Below, piece by piece: positions 1 through 9,559 of a stretch of DNA of 64,000 nucleotides. This DNA is from Candidatus Yanofskybacteria bacterium (GTDB taxonomy: Bacteria; Patescibacteriota; Minisyncoccia; 2-02-FULL-40-12; IGHO2-12-FULL-4), in assembly GCA_016185525.1 (NCBI GenBank), contig JACPNK010000006.1:115440-179439 (forward strand), written 5' to 3'. The notes under the pieces are model-generated. The model was not told the DNA's origin, searched no databases, and saw only the letters and a list, made by a program, of their open reading frames with translations. Each line of letters opens with the position of its first letter. The first letter of the stretch is position 1. The translations under genes and the position numbers were made by a program.

Positions 1-1
1 T

Positions 2-268
2 AGCCCGGGTGACAGGGTAGCTATATCAATAAGCAATGATCTGCGGAAACCTAACATTATCGGTTATGCTGAGGTTGGGATTGTTAAGAAGTCAATAATC
101 TATTGGTTAGGCTTTATCGACGAATTTGAGAGAGATTTAGTGGAAAACATTGGCGCTAAAACTATGGAAGGAGTTTTAGCAGATATGCAATCTGTGTATG
201 GTAGCCATGTTGGGATTCGTGATGTCATAAGTATAATAGAGTTGATTGGGCCCGAAAAAAGTAACTAG
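2..268 (+). CDS. 5'-truncated (window edge) ASCH/PUA-like domain protein
   Basis: Not in ORF track. Frame 2 is open from base 2 to TAG 266-268: SPGDRVAISI...AEVGIV...IGAKTMEGVLADMQSVYGSHVGIRDVISIIEL, resembling the ASCH C-terminal pattern. Confidence 0.55.
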   Translation, partial: SPGDRVAISISNDLRKPNIIGYAEVGIVKKSIIYWLGFIDEFERDLVENIGAKTMEGVLADMQSVYGSHVGIRDVISIIELIGPEKSN

Positions 269-285
269 CCAGCAATGGCTTTTTT
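267..285 (+). terminator. Intrinsic terminator
   Basis: AGCCA-GCAA-TGGCT hairpin followed by a T run. Confidence 0.65.
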
Positions 286-310
286 GTTTGTCTTCTGCGA
301 ATGAGGCAGT

Positions 311-335
311 AACATCAAGGCGACGCCTTGATGTT
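311..335. repeat. REP-like palindrome AACATCAAGGCG-A-CGCCTTGATGTT
   Basis: Perfect 12-bp inverted repeat; same core at 20611-20632 and 21162-21188. Confidence 0.85.
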
Positions 336-414
336 GTTATGTCAAACTATTGCAATTTTTGTGGGAACAATGTAGGCTCTTTTTTAGTTCTCATTATTTA
401 ATTTGGGAGAAAAA

Positions 415-774
415 ATGAAACCAGCTTTGCAGGCGCTTCTTATTGCACCCGACTGTTGTGTGCGGGACCAAATTGTTTGGGGAACCAAAACAGTTACGAT
501 TAGAGAGGGACACAGAGATTATAAGCTGGGCAAGGTTATGCTTTGTTGTCACTTAGAACCTTGGGCTGTAATGGCGGATATCACGGAAGTTCGACATTGT
601 TTGCTCAAAGAAGTAACAAAAGAAGAATGTTTTGATGATGGTTTTTCAAACAGAGTAGAACTTCTTCATGACTTACAAAGATTTTACCCTGATCTGACAG
701 CAAACTCACCTGTAACTGTTATAAAGTGGGCTAATGTAACGGGAACATTGGTACCGAAGCGGAATGCCTGTTGA
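415..774 (+). CDS. ASCH domain protein
   Basis: GTKTVTIREG motif and DGF...LLHDLQRFYPD...VTVIKW C-terminus; ATG 415 preferred over TTG 403. Confidence 0.75.
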   Translation: MKPALQALLIAPDCCVRDQIVWGTKTVTIREGHRDYKLGKVMLCCHLEPWAVMADITEVRHCLLKEVTKEECFDDGFSNRVELLHDLQRFYPDLTANSPVTVIKWANVTGTLVPKRNAC

Positions 775-870
775 TAAGTTGTGGCTTTCTAGGAAACTTT
801 TGAGAGCAGAAACTCAAATCGCTAATAAAATGGCGATTTTTTTGTGGTCACAATAACCAAAATCAAAAAA

Positions 871-946
871 GTGGTTATAAACATTGCAGAGTGGTAACAA
901 TGTAGCATATAATGTAGCTATAGTGGTTAATTGTGGATAGAAGTGT
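871..946 (+). promoter_or_regulatory. mraZ promoter with MraZ-type GTGG boxes
   Basis: TTGCAG(884)-18 nt-TATAAT(908); GTGG/GTGG/GTGT at 923, 933, 943 (10-nt period), plus GTGG at 871 and 891. Confidence 0.65.
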
Positions 947-978
947 TAATAACCAGCCTTAAAAGTTTATAACCCAAA

Positions 979-1413
979 ATGCTTGTCGGTGAATATACAC
1001 ATACAATTGATGCGAAAAAGAGGCTGGCGATACCTTCAAAATTAAGGAAGGAGATTGGGGATAGGGCGGTTTTGACCAGAGGTTTGGACGGCTGTTTATT
1101 TTTGTTCTCTATGAAAGAATGGGAAATTTTTGCAGAGAAGATTGGTCAACTGTCTTTTGTGCAAAGAGATACCAGAGAATTTAAAAGAATATTTTTATCA
1201 GGCGCTTCGGAAGTTGAGACGGACCAGTTGGGCAGAATCTTGATTCCGGACTACTTAAAAAATTATGCCCAGCTTGGAAAAAAAATTGTGATTGCCGGAT
1301 TATTTAACCGTTTGGAAATTTGGGATTTTGAAAAGTGGGAAGCGCACAAGAAAGGGCTTGAAAATCAGGCAGATAAAATTGCCGAGAAGATGGGGGAGAT
1401 GGGGATTATTTAG
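979..1413 (+). CDS. mraZ: Transcriptional regulator MraZ
   Basis: GEYTHTIDAKKRLAIP, TRGLDGCL, DQLGRILIP, RLEIWD. Confidence 0.97.
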   Translation: MLVGEYTHTIDAKKRLAIPSKLRKEIGDRAVLTRGLDGCLFLFSMKEWEIFAEKIGQLSFVQRDTREFKRIFLSGASEVETDQLGRILIPDYLKNYAQLGKKIVIAGLFNRLEIWDFEKWEAHKKGLENQADKIAEKMGEMGII

Positions 1414-1541
1414 AATTTAAAATCCAAAGCTCAAATGACTAATGACAAATCAATGTCAAAATCCAAAATCCAAATTAAATTATTTTTTTGAGCTTTGCCA
1501 TTGGTCATTGAATTGTCATTTGGATTTTGTCATTAAGATTT
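1414..1541. repeat. Inverted degenerate heptamer array (intergenic)
   Basis: AAATCCA/AAATGAC-type units on the left are mirrored by TGGATTT/GTCATT(T) units on the right. Confidence 0.7.
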
Positions 1542-2429
1542 ATGGTTCATATCCCTGTTCTTTTAGATGAAGTTCTTGAATATCTTGACCCGAAACCCGG
1601 GCAGAAGTTTATTGACGCTACGATTGACGGCGGCGGGCACAGCGCGGCAATTCTGGGAAAGATTGGACCAAACGGAAAGGTTCTTGGTATTGAGATAACT
1701 CCAGAGCTATTCTCTGCCGCTAAATTAAAAATTGAAAATGAAAAATTAAAAAATTTAGTTGTTGTCAATGACAGTTATGTAAATTTAAAAAAGATAGCTG
1801 AAGAAAATAATTTTACTGGAGCGGATGGAATTTTGTTTGATTTGGGCATGTCGTCCTGGCACTTGGATCAAAGCGGCAGAGGCTTCAGTTTTCAAAAAGA
1901 CGAGATTCTGGATATGAGATTTAATAGCGAGACAGAGTTTTCTGCCTTAGAAATTGTAAATACTTTTTCAGAAAACGACTTAAAACAGATAATCAGCGAA
2001 TATGGCGAAGAAAGGTTTGCCGAGAGCATCGCTAAAAAAATCGTAGAAGCCAGAAAAATAAAAATAATAAAAACAACGCTTGAGTTGGTGGAAATCATTA
2101 AAAATTCAGTGCCGGTCTGGTATACCAACAAAAGAATCAATCCGGCAACCAAAACTTTTCAGGCTCTAAGAATAAGGGTAAACCAAGAATTGGAAAATAT
2201 TGCGAAAGGTTTGGATGGCGCTTTGGAAATATTAAAAAAAGACGGCCGAGCGGCAGTAATTTCTTTCCATGCTTTGGAAGACAGAGTCGTTAAAAATAAA
2301 TTTAAAGATTTTAAAAACAAAGGACTTGTGGAAATTTTAACTAAAAAGGCTGTGGCGCCTGAATATCCGGATGTTAAGTCCAACCCAAGAGCTAGAAGCG
2401 CAAAGTTGAGGGTTTTTAAAAAAATATGA
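1542..2429 (+). CDS. rsmH: 16S rRNA m4C1402 methyltransferase RsmH
   Basis: HIPVLL, DATIDGGGHS, DLGMSSWHL, LDMRF, ISFHALEDR, NPRARSAKLR. Confidence 0.97.
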   Translation: MVHIPVLLDEVLEYLDPKPGQKFIDATIDGGGHSAAILGKIGPNGKVLGIEITPELFSAAKLKIENEKLKNLVVVNDSYVNLKKIAEENNFTGADGILFDLGMSSWHLDQSGRGFSFQKDEILDMRFNSETEFSALEIVNTFSENDLKQIISEYGEERFAESIAKKIVEARKIKIIKTTLELVEIIKNSVPVWYTNKRINPATKTFQALRIRVNQELENIAKGLDGALEILKKDGRAAVISFHALEDRVVKNKFKDFKNKGLVEILTKKAVAPEYPDVKSNPRARSAKLRVFKKI

Positions 2430-2773
2430 CAAACAGGCAAAAATTGCATATAAAAGAATTGGACGGCGGTTTTGTGTTAAACGGATGTGTTTTGTTGAAC
2501 TTGGCTTTGTTGTCTTTGTTGGCGGTTCTTGTTGTTTGGTATGCTTTTTGGGCTAACTTTTTGGCTTCGCGTCAATACAAAACAAGCCAGTTTGAAATTA
2601 AGCTTTCGGGTATAACCCGTAAAAACAATGAACTGGTCGCCGAAAAATCAGAAGCAGTCAAGTTGAGCTCCCTCTTAATTTTTAGCAGTCAGTCGGGTTT
2701 GATTGAGCAAAAAAATACGGAATACGTTTTTGACAGAAGAGATGTGGCTCAAATTGAAAAATCTTTGCGCTAA
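2426..2773 (+). CDS. FtsL-like membrane protein
   Basis: One TM helix plus coiled coil, located between rsmH and ftsI. Confidence 0.55.
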   Translation: MTNRQKLHIKELDGGFVLNGCVLLNLALLSLLAVLVVWYAFWANFLASRQYKTSQFEIKLSGITRKNNELVAEKSEAVKLSSLLIFSSQSGLIEQKNTEYVFDRRDVAQIEKSLR

Positions 2774-4443
2774 TGTTGTCCCGTTGGAGAGTTAATATTT
2801 TTTTAATATCCATTTTGTTGGCATGGGGCCTGGTTTTTTACAGGCTTTTTTATTTATCGTACTTTCAACACGATGCTTTTATTAAGACGGCCGAGACGCA
2901 GTACCAGAATCAAAAAAGTAATTTGGTAAAAAGAGGAAGTATATATGTCAGCGATTTGAGCAATGGAGAGAAGGAATTGGTTGCAACTCAAAAAACTTAC
3001 GCCTTTATTTACGCTATACCGAAAGAATCAAAAGATCCGGCTTTGTCCGCCCAAAAACTGTCCGAGACGGTTGGTGTTTCCGCTGACCAGGCGCTTAAAC
3101 TGTTTGAAAAAAAAGATGACCCTTTTGAAATTGTTGAACGAAACCCAAGCGAGGCTCAACTGGATGCCGTGAGAAGTTTAAATTTTAAGGAAATAGCTAT
3201 TGGTTATGAAGAAAGAAGAGTTTATCCGAAAGGAAATTTTTTAAGCCAAGTTCTGGGTTTTCTGGGTTTTGAGGGGGATGAAAGGACGGGACAATACGGG
3301 GTGGAGTCTTTTTACAACGACTGGTTGTCGGGCAATGACTCAACCGACTCGTCTTTTTTTGGAAAGAAAAAGAGTCTGACCGCAGGCCGGGGCGATGATA
3401 TTATTCTTACGGTTGATAAAAATATCCAGCTTTTTGCGGAAGAAGAACTGGGCTATTTGATGAAAAAGTGGGATTCGGTTTCAGGTACGATCATAATTCA
3501 AGATCCCAGAGACGGTTCTATTATGGCCATGGCCGGGTCGCCAAGTTTTGATCCAAATAACTATGGCCAATACCGTTTGGAAGATTTTACCAATAAGTCA
3601 GTCCAAGAAATTTTTGAGCCGGGATCTTCTTTCAAGCCTATTACTTTAAGCGGAGCTTTGGATCAAAAAAAAATTACTCCGGAAACAACCTATTTTGATT
3701 CTGGCGAGGTGGATATAGCGGGCTATAAAATAAAAAATTTCAATGAAAAAAGTTTTGGTACGCAGACGATGAGCCAGGTGCTGGAGAAGTCTTTAAACAC
3801 GGGGGCTATGTTTGCTGAAGAAAAATTGGGGGACAAGAACTTTTTGAACTATATAATAAATTTCGGTTTTGGCCAGACATCAGGCATAGACTTGGCGGTT
3901 GAGTCCGCTGGCGACATATCAAACCTTTATTTCGGCAGAAAGATTAACTTTGCCACGGCTTCTTTCGGCCAAGGCATTGCGGTGACTCCGTTGCAGTTGA
4001 TAAATGCCTACTCTGCGTTGGCCAACGGGGGCAGGCTTTACAAGCCGTTCATAGTTAGAGAAAGAACCAAGTCCAGCGGTGAGTCAGTTAAAACTCAACC
4101 CGAACTGGTGGGTACGCCCATTTCTGAAAGAACTTCGTCACAAATCAAAGCCATGCTTGTAAAAGTTGTGGAAAACGGTTTTGATAAGGCTGTGGTGAGG
4201 GGCTATGATGTCGCCGGTAAGACCGGCACGGCCCAGATTGCCTCAAAAACCGGAGGTTACTCTGAAGAGTTTGTTCACGATATTGTCGGTTTTGCGCCGG
4301 CTTTTGATCCCAAGTTTGTGGTTTTGATAAAGTTGGAAAAGCCCAAGGGGATTAAATTTGCTTCTGACAGCCTTTCTCCCTCTTTGGGTAAAATAACCAA
4401 GTTTTTATTAAACTACTTTCAGATTCCTCCAACAAAGCAATGA
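2773..4443 (+). CDS. ftsI: Class B penicillin-binding protein (FtsI/PBP2 family)
   Basis: EPGSSFK (SxxK), SLN (SxN), KTGTAQ; dcw position. Confidence 0.9.
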   Translation: MLSRWRVNIFLISILLAWGLVFYRLFYLSYFQHDAFIKTAETQYQNQKSNLVKRGSIYVSDLSNGEKELVATQKTYAFIYAIPKESKDPALSAQKLSETVGVSADQALKLFEKKDDPFEIVERNPSEAQLDAVRSLNFKEIAIGYEERRVYPKGNFLSQVLGFLGFEGDERTGQYGVESFYNDWLSGNDSTDSSFFGKKKSLTAGRGDDIILTVDKNIQLFAEEELGYLMKKWDSVSGTIIIQDPRDGSIMAMAGSPSFDPNNYGQYRLEDFTNKSVQEIFEPGSSFKPITLSGALDQKKITPETTYFDSGEVDIAGYKIKNFNEKSFGTQTMSQVLEKSLNTGAMFAEEKLGDKNFLNYIINFGFGQTSGIDLAVESAGDISNLYFGRKINFATASFGQGIAVTPLQLINAYSALANGGRLYKPFIVRERTKSSGESVKTQPELVGTPISERTSSQIKAMLVKVVENGFDKAVVRGYDVAGKTGTAQIASKTGGYSEEFVHDIVGFAPAFDPKFVVLIKLEKPKGIKFASDSLSPSLGKITKFLLNYFQIPPTKQ

Positions 4444-5738
4444 TGAAATATTTTCTCGCCAAAATTCTTACACTTTTGGCTTGGGCTTACGTTAAGCGTT
4501 ACAAACCGCAAGTTATTGCTATTACCGGCAATGTCGGTAAAACTTCAACCAAGGAGGCGGTTGCTGCTGTTTTGAGGGGGCACAAAAAAATTAGAGTCAG
4601 CGGCGGCAATTTAAACAATGAAATAGGGGTACCGTTGACTATTTTGGGCGACTGGGCGGAGCGCTACTATGACCAAGGCGGAACAACTGTGTTTTGGTTG
4701 AAGGTTCTCCGGAATTCGTTTTTCGGCTTGTTTGCTTATGATAAGAATTATCCGGAAGTTTTGATTATGGAATATGGAGCCGACCGTCCGGGTGATATTG
4801 CTAATTTGGCCAGAAATTTCAAACCGAATCTGGCTGTGGTTACGGCTGTCGGCGAAGTTCCCGTTCATGTTGAGTATTTTTCTGATGCAAGCGAGGTAGC
4901 CGCAGAAAAGTCAAAGTTAGTAGAGTCTCTGGCTGTGGGCGATTTTGCCGTTTTAAATTTTGATGACGAGGCAGTTTTGGGCATGAAACAAAAAACCAAA
5001 GCTAAGGTTTTGACTTTTGGCTTTGGCGAGGGAGCTGATGTTAAGATTTCTAACTTTGATTTTAGGATTGGCATTAATAACGAACCTTTGGGTGTCGGTT
5101 TTAAACTTAACCATGAAGAAAATTTTGTGCCGGTGAGGATAGAAGGAGCTTTAGGCAAGTCGCAGGCTTGGGCGGCCGGGGCAGCTACCGTTGTCGGTTT
5201 GTCTTTTGGGATGAATTTGATTTCAATCAGTCAGGCATTATCAAATTATCGGTCTGCCAACGGAAGGCTGAAAATACTCAAGGGTGTAAAAAATACTTTT
5301 ATCATAGATGACACATATAACTCTTCTCCGGCTTCCAGCCATTTGGCTTTAGAAACTCTAAAGAACCTTCCGGCCCACAGAAAAATTGCAGTTTTGGCGG
5401 ATATGTTGGAGCTGGGCCGTTATTCTGTTTCTGCCCATCAAGAGGTGGGCAACTTTGCGGCAACTTTTGCCGACCTGATTACTACTGTTGGACCGGGCGG
5501 AAAATTGATAGCGGATGCCGCCGGCAATCAAATGCCCAAGGACCGGATAATGTCTTTCGGTACCGCTGTGGAAGCCAAAATTAAGGTTCAAGAAATTTTG
5601 GAGGCAGGCGATTTAATTTTAATCAAAGGTTCGCAGGGAATGAGAATGGAAAGAATTGTTGAAGAAATTATGGCCGAACCGGAAAGAAAAAAAGAACTGC
5701 TTGTCAGGCAAAGCGAAAAATGGTTAGATAAGAAGTAG
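4440..5738 (+). CDS. murF: UDP-MurNAc-tripeptide--D-Ala-D-Ala ligase
   Basis: ITGNVGKTSTKE, NNEIGVPLT, DDTYNSSP, DMLELG, IKGSQGMRME. Confidence 0.93.
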   Translation: MMKYFLAKILTLLAWAYVKRYKPQVIAITGNVGKTSTKEAVAAVLRGHKKIRVSGGNLNNEIGVPLTILGDWAERYYDQGGTTVFWLKVLRNSFFGLFAYDKNYPEVLIMEYGADRPGDIANLARNFKPNLAVVTAVGEVPVHVEYFSDASEVAAEKSKLVESLAVGDFAVLNFDDEAVLGMKQKTKAKVLTFGFGEGADVKISNFDFRIGINNEPLGVGFKLNHEENFVPVRIEGALGKSQAWAAGAATVVGLSFGMNLISISQALSNYRSANGRLKILKGVKNTFIIDDTYNSSPASSHLALETLKNLPAHRKIAVLADMLELGRYSVSAHQEVGNFAATFADLITTVGPGGKLIADAAGNQMPKDRIMSFGTAVEAKIKVQEILEAGDLILIKGSQGMRMERIVEEIMAEPERKKELLVRQSEKWLDKK

Positions 5739-5767
5739 TTTTTTGAAAGAGTAATAAGGAGAAATAA

Positions 5768-6130
5768 ATGCCGAGAATAGGAGAAAAGTTTGCCTTTGAT
5801 TTAACTTGGCAAGAAAAATTGGGGGTCGAGTCGGTTGCCAACAGAACAAGCTGGGAACACGAACACGAGAGAAAGGGTGACCACTACAACATAAATTGTC
5901 CTTGGTGTGGTAAAAACAATACTTATGTCACCGACGGAGTCGAGATTACTTCTCATCTTTCTCGTGTTTTTGAGAGGCCTTGTCAAATTTGCGGCAAGCT
6001 GATAATTTTTAAAGCCGAAATGGTGATTTTGGTTAAAGCAGTCAGAAAAGGGGACAAGGGTTATGTAAATGATCTTTTTGAAAGATTAAGCAAAAAACAA
6101 TTTGTTCCAGAACCTGCCGATTTGCCGTAA
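5768..6130 (+). CDS. Hypothetical zinc-ribbon protein
   Basis: CPWC...CQIC; AAGGAG RBS; hairpin terminator at 6141-6167. Confidence 0.65.
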   Translation: MPRIGEKFAFDLTWQEKLGVESVANRTSWEHEHERKGDHYNINCPWCGKNNTYVTDGVEITSHLSRVFERPCQICGKLIIFKAEMVILVKAVRKGDKGYVNDLFERLSKKQFVPEPADLP

Positions 6131-6200
6131 TTTAATATTTAACCCCATCGCAAAGGGGTTTTATTTTTACGGAAAAATGTTAGAATCTAAAAAATAAAAT

Positions 6201-6275
6201 GGCGCCATCGTCTAGCTTGGCCTAGGACACAGGATTCTCATTCCTGGAACTGGGGTTCGAATCCCCATGGCGCTG
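6201..6275 (+). tRNA. tRNA-Glu (anticodon CTC)
   Basis: Acceptor stem GGCGCCA/TGGCGCT, anticodon arm CAGGA-TTCTCAT-TCCTG, T arm GGGGTTCGAATCCCC; CCA not encoded. Confidence 0.95.
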
Positions 6276-6464
6276 CGACTGAACGAAGGTGAAGGAGTAC
6301 TGAGCAGAGCACTGCGAACATGCCCAAGGAGAATGGTCAGAATGAAATGACCAAGGAAGTAAGGGGATACTTTTATCTGCCTGTTTGACTTGACAAATAT
6401 TGCTGCGATGTTAATATGTGGCTAGAACTTTGTAAAACAGATCCTACAGAAAAAGGGTGTCAGA

Positions 6465-6881
6465 ATGAAATTACTCGTTGTGTTCCTGTTATTCTTTTTT
6501 ACTGCATTGTTTTTGTTTGGTGTAGAAAGAGTAGAGTATCTTGATGCGTCTGTGATGACCCCACCAAGGAAAACCTTCGAAACCGTTTTAAGAGCAACGG
6601 GTGGTAATGCTGGTTTAAATGCTGCCATTGGCGGTCTTATTATGGGTATCCCAGGTGCTATTGTTGGAGCAGCTATAACGGAAACCGGGCCATTTATTCA
6701 GGAAAAAAGATTAAAAACTTGTCAAGTTGCAGTTTTGCTTGATGATACCCAGTTATCATTAGAGCTGGATTCTGATTTTAGAAATCGCGAGAAATGTGGC
6801 ACCTTGGAAGAAGGGGATAAGGTAACTATTATTAAGGGTAGTTCCTTTCTGGGAGCTCCTAGATATGAGTTGGCGAGGTAG
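6465..6881 (+). CDS. Hypothetical exported/membrane protein with glycine-zipper segment
   Basis: Hydrophobic N-terminus; GLNAAIGGLIMGIPGAIVGAA; hairpin at 6931-6957. Confidence 0.6.
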   Translation: MKLLVVFLLFFFTALFLFGVERVEYLDASVMTPPRKTFETVLRATGGNAGLNAAIGGLIMGIPGAIVGAAITETGPFIQEKRLKTCQVAVLLDDTQLSLELDSDFRNREKCGTLEEGDKVTIIKGSSFLGAPRYELAR

Positions 6882-7093
6882 ATTCAAAATGATCACCATG
6901 TCCCAATCGTCTTTTGGGAATAAATTATGTAAATGCCGATTAACAAATCGGCATTTTGATTACTTAAAATCGTGCTAAATTCAAAGAAAGTCGGGTTTTT
7001 AATAAAATACCCGTAGATTTGACCCAACAAAGTTTTTCTCGCCTTCGCTTGGCTCTATTGGCGCCGCCAGTTCAACTTTGTTAAAATTGTTTT

Positions 7094-7456
7094 ATGTTTA
7101 AATTCAGGTTTGCAGCCAACTTGTTGGTAGTTGCGCATTTTTTGTGGGTAGCCCTGTTGATTGGCGGGACGGTTTATGTTTTTTACAACCCATGGTATTT
7201 TTATTGGCATTTGACTATTGTAACAGCGACCTTGCTTTTAAATCTGCTTTTGGGCTACTGCCCGCTGACTTTGTGGGAAGAAAAAGTCAGGAGAAAAATC
7301 AATCCAAATTTTGATCATGACGGTTCATTTCTTGCCACCTATCTGCATAAAATTTCAGGGGTGAAAATTTCTGAAAGGCAGATGTTGGCTATAATTGCCT
7401 GGACAAAGTTTGGGGTTTATGTCGCGTCTATAACGGTTTTTTTGATAAAGAAGTGA
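7094..7456 (+). CDS. DUF2784-like membrane protein
   Basis: VAHFLW...WH...CPLTLWE...SFLATYL pattern. Confidence 0.75.
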   Translation: MFKFRFAANLLVVAHFLWVALLIGGTVYVFYNPWYFYWHLTIVTATLLLNLLLGYCPLTLWEEKVRRKINPNFDHDGSFLATYLHKISGVKISERQMLAIIAWTKFGVYVASITVFLIKK

Positions 7457-7526
7457 TTGCAATAACTTATGCAAGCTCTTAAGTTGCTTTTTGACTTTTT
7501 AGTTGTCTTTTGTTAATATCGCATTT

Positions 7527-7844
7527 ATGTTCGCGGTAATTAAAACCGGGGGGAAGCAGTATAAGGTCGCTGAAGGCGATAAAATTTTGGTTGAGAAGCT
7601 TAATCTAGAAGCGGGCAAGGAGTTTGATTTTGAGGAGGTTTTGCTGGTAACTAATGGTAAGGCAGAAAACGCAAAAATCGGACAGCCTTTGATTGAGGGT
7701 GCCAAAGTGCATGCCAAAGTTTTAGAACAAGGCCGAGCCGACAAAAAAATTGTTTTTAAGTACCACTCAAAGACCCGCTACAAAAAGAAAAAAGGCCATC
7801 GCCAGCCTTTTACTAAAGTAGAGATCTTGAAAATTAACTCTTAA
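7527..7844 (+). CDS. rplU: 50S ribosomal protein L21
   Basis: MFAVIKTGGKQYKV...KGHRQPFT. Confidence 0.97.
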   Translation: MFAVIKTGGKQYKVAEGDKILVEKLNLEAGKEFDFEEVLLVTNGKAENAKIGQPLIEGAKVHAKVLEQGRADKKIVFKYHSKTRYKKKKGHRQPFTKVEILKINS

Positions 7845-7867
7845 AAAAGACGCCGGGGGCGTCTTTT
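7845..7867. terminator. Bidirectional intrinsic terminator
   Basis: AAAAGACGCC-GGG-GGCGTCTTTT between convergent genes. Confidence 0.8.
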
Positions 7868-8867
7868 ACATTTTTCTGAAAAATATTTTTTCAATGGCTT
7901 TGGCTATATCCAAATCAAGGACGCTATAGTCTCTGCCTGTTTTTAAAAAGGCTAGGTAAAGTTGTTCTTCTTCAGACAGCAAGTCTTTCGGTCCTAAAAG
8001 TTTTAGCATCCGGTCTTCATTATTCCAGATTGACCACGGATGTCTTTGGGTAAAAAGACCGTCTTTACCGAAAATAAATCTGTAGCTGTAAATCCAATTG
8101 CCAGCATAGCGCTGCATTAGTCTTTTTGCTCTTTGGGCTTCAAGTAATAATTTAGAGTACGCGGTAAATTTATTAAATAACTCGCTGTCTCTAGCAAAGT
8201 TGATGCGGATTGCACTCTGTACCAGCTTGCGGCATTGCGGACAGCTGACGATATGTTTTTTTATTTGTTTCTGGTCGTTGGGAGAAAATATCGGGAAAGT
8301 TCTCCATCCTTTGGCGTCTAAACACATGGGTGTCATAAACCTAGAGTTGTGTTGTAGAAAATGAAGTTGTAAAACCAACTGGCAGTGGGGACAATTTTTA
8401 TGATGTGCTGTAAGCTCCGTCTTTCTGGGCAACAATACTACTTGGTTTTTTCCGATCTCAATTGGGTTAAAGCAGTGCCTGTGGTGTTGCTTTAAGTTGT
8501 TTGTCCACTGGCTTGAGCCGTGTTTTTCACCAAGGCAGGTTCTTTCTTTAATTTCCGATGTTTCTTCTTCGCTTGGTTCCAGATAAAGAATTGGTAATAT
8601 GCGGGGCCAACTTTTGACAAGTCTTTGACAAAACTCGCAAGCGTCCAAATGGACTATTTCTGCGGCCGACAATTTCGGCCAGCATAGTTTGACTAGGTCA
8701 AAGTTAAGACATTGACTTGTTCTCTGGCAAAAATTCTTATACCCAGAATTCACAATTTTTTCTTCCAGGTCTGTTCTCAAGAGGTTGTCTGGTGAGTCAG
8801 GGTTTACACCGGAATCCTTTAACGTTTCCATGTCAAATAATGTTTCCGTGTCCAAGGGAGGCTCCAT
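7866..8867 (-). CDS. Hypothetical protein with three zf-HC2/ZAS-like zinc fingers
   Basis: HLDACEFC, HHKNCPHC and HIVSCPQC, each preceded about 20 aa earlier by a Cys. Confidence 0.6.
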   Translation of the reverse strand: MEPPLDTETLFDMETLKDSGVNPDSPDNLLRTDLEEKIVNSGYKNFCQRTSQCLNFDLVKLCWPKLSAAEIVHLDACEFCQRLVKSWPRILPILYLEPSEEETSEIKERTCLGEKHGSSQWTNNLKQHHRHCFNPIEIGKNQVVLLPRKTELTAHHKNCPHCQLVLQLHFLQHNSRFMTPMCLDAKGWRTFPIFSPNDQKQIKKHIVSCPQCRKLVQSAIRINFARDSELFNKFTAYSKLLLEAQRAKRLMQRYAGNWIYSYRFIFGKDGLFTQRHPWSIWNNEDRMLKLLGPKDLLSEEEQLYLAFLKTGRDYSVLDLDIAKAIEKIFFRKM

Positions 8868-8994
8868 TTATTTTATACTTAAAGAACGGATTTAACTCTA
8901 TTACATTTTAAAGCTCTTGTCAACCTTGTTGATTTGACAATCAGGTTGGTTTGACATATAGTTAAAACTAAAGTTTTTTAAAAAGGAACAGACC

Positions 8995-9531
8995 TTGTCT
9001 ATAGAAAAAAGGAAACAAGCAGAGGAAGTTTTGTTTGATCTTTGTCGTAAATGTTCTGCTACGCCAGTTTTAGAGGTTTTGTTGGATCTCCGGGACCTAC
9101 ACAATTTTTACAAATTACCCGTTTGGCTGGAAGATGAGAATGGCTGTAATGTTTTTTCGGGTATTGTAAAAAATCTGGCTTCAAAGCCCAAGAAGCAAAG
9201 CTTTTCTATCGTTGAGGCAAATTTTTTGGCCAGCATGCTTTTGTGGCCGGAACTGCAAGAATATGCGGACAGTAATTCGCGTCTTGCAATTCTTTACGCT
9301 TTGGAAAACTCGTCTTTTCACGCTATTTTTGCGACACTGGCTCAACATATGGAGTTTCTGAGCAGTGTTTATGTAAGGGAGCCGGCTACCACTCATCGCA
9401 GTGCCGCTTTGGGCAAAGAGCTGGAAATGATCAGGAGGCTTATTCTAAAATGCGGCAGTGGCACAGAAAGTTTGGTGGCTGAAAACAGGCGGAGAGTTGA
9501 AGAAAAAAAGAAGGAAAACAAAGACACTTAA
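8995..9531 (+). CDS. Hypothetical alpha-helical protein
   Basis: AAGGA RBS before TTG; hairpin terminator at 9520-9548. Confidence 0.5.
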   Translation: MSIEKRKQAEEVLFDLCRKCSATPVLEVLLDLRDLHNFYKLPVWLEDENGCNVFSGIVKNLASKPKKQSFSIVEANFLASMLLWPELQEYADSNSRLAILYALENSSFHAIFATLAQHMEFLSSVYVREPATTHRSAALGKELEMIRRLILKCGSGTESLVAENRRRVEEKKKENKDT

Positions 9532-9559
9532 GTTGAGTGTCTTTTTTTGTTTACCAAAC

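Noticed and set aside
6276-7456. Prophage or island integrated at tRNA-Glu
   Set aside because: No integrase and no duplicated tRNA 3' end seen in the window; only weakly structured sequence at 6276-6370 and 7026-7082
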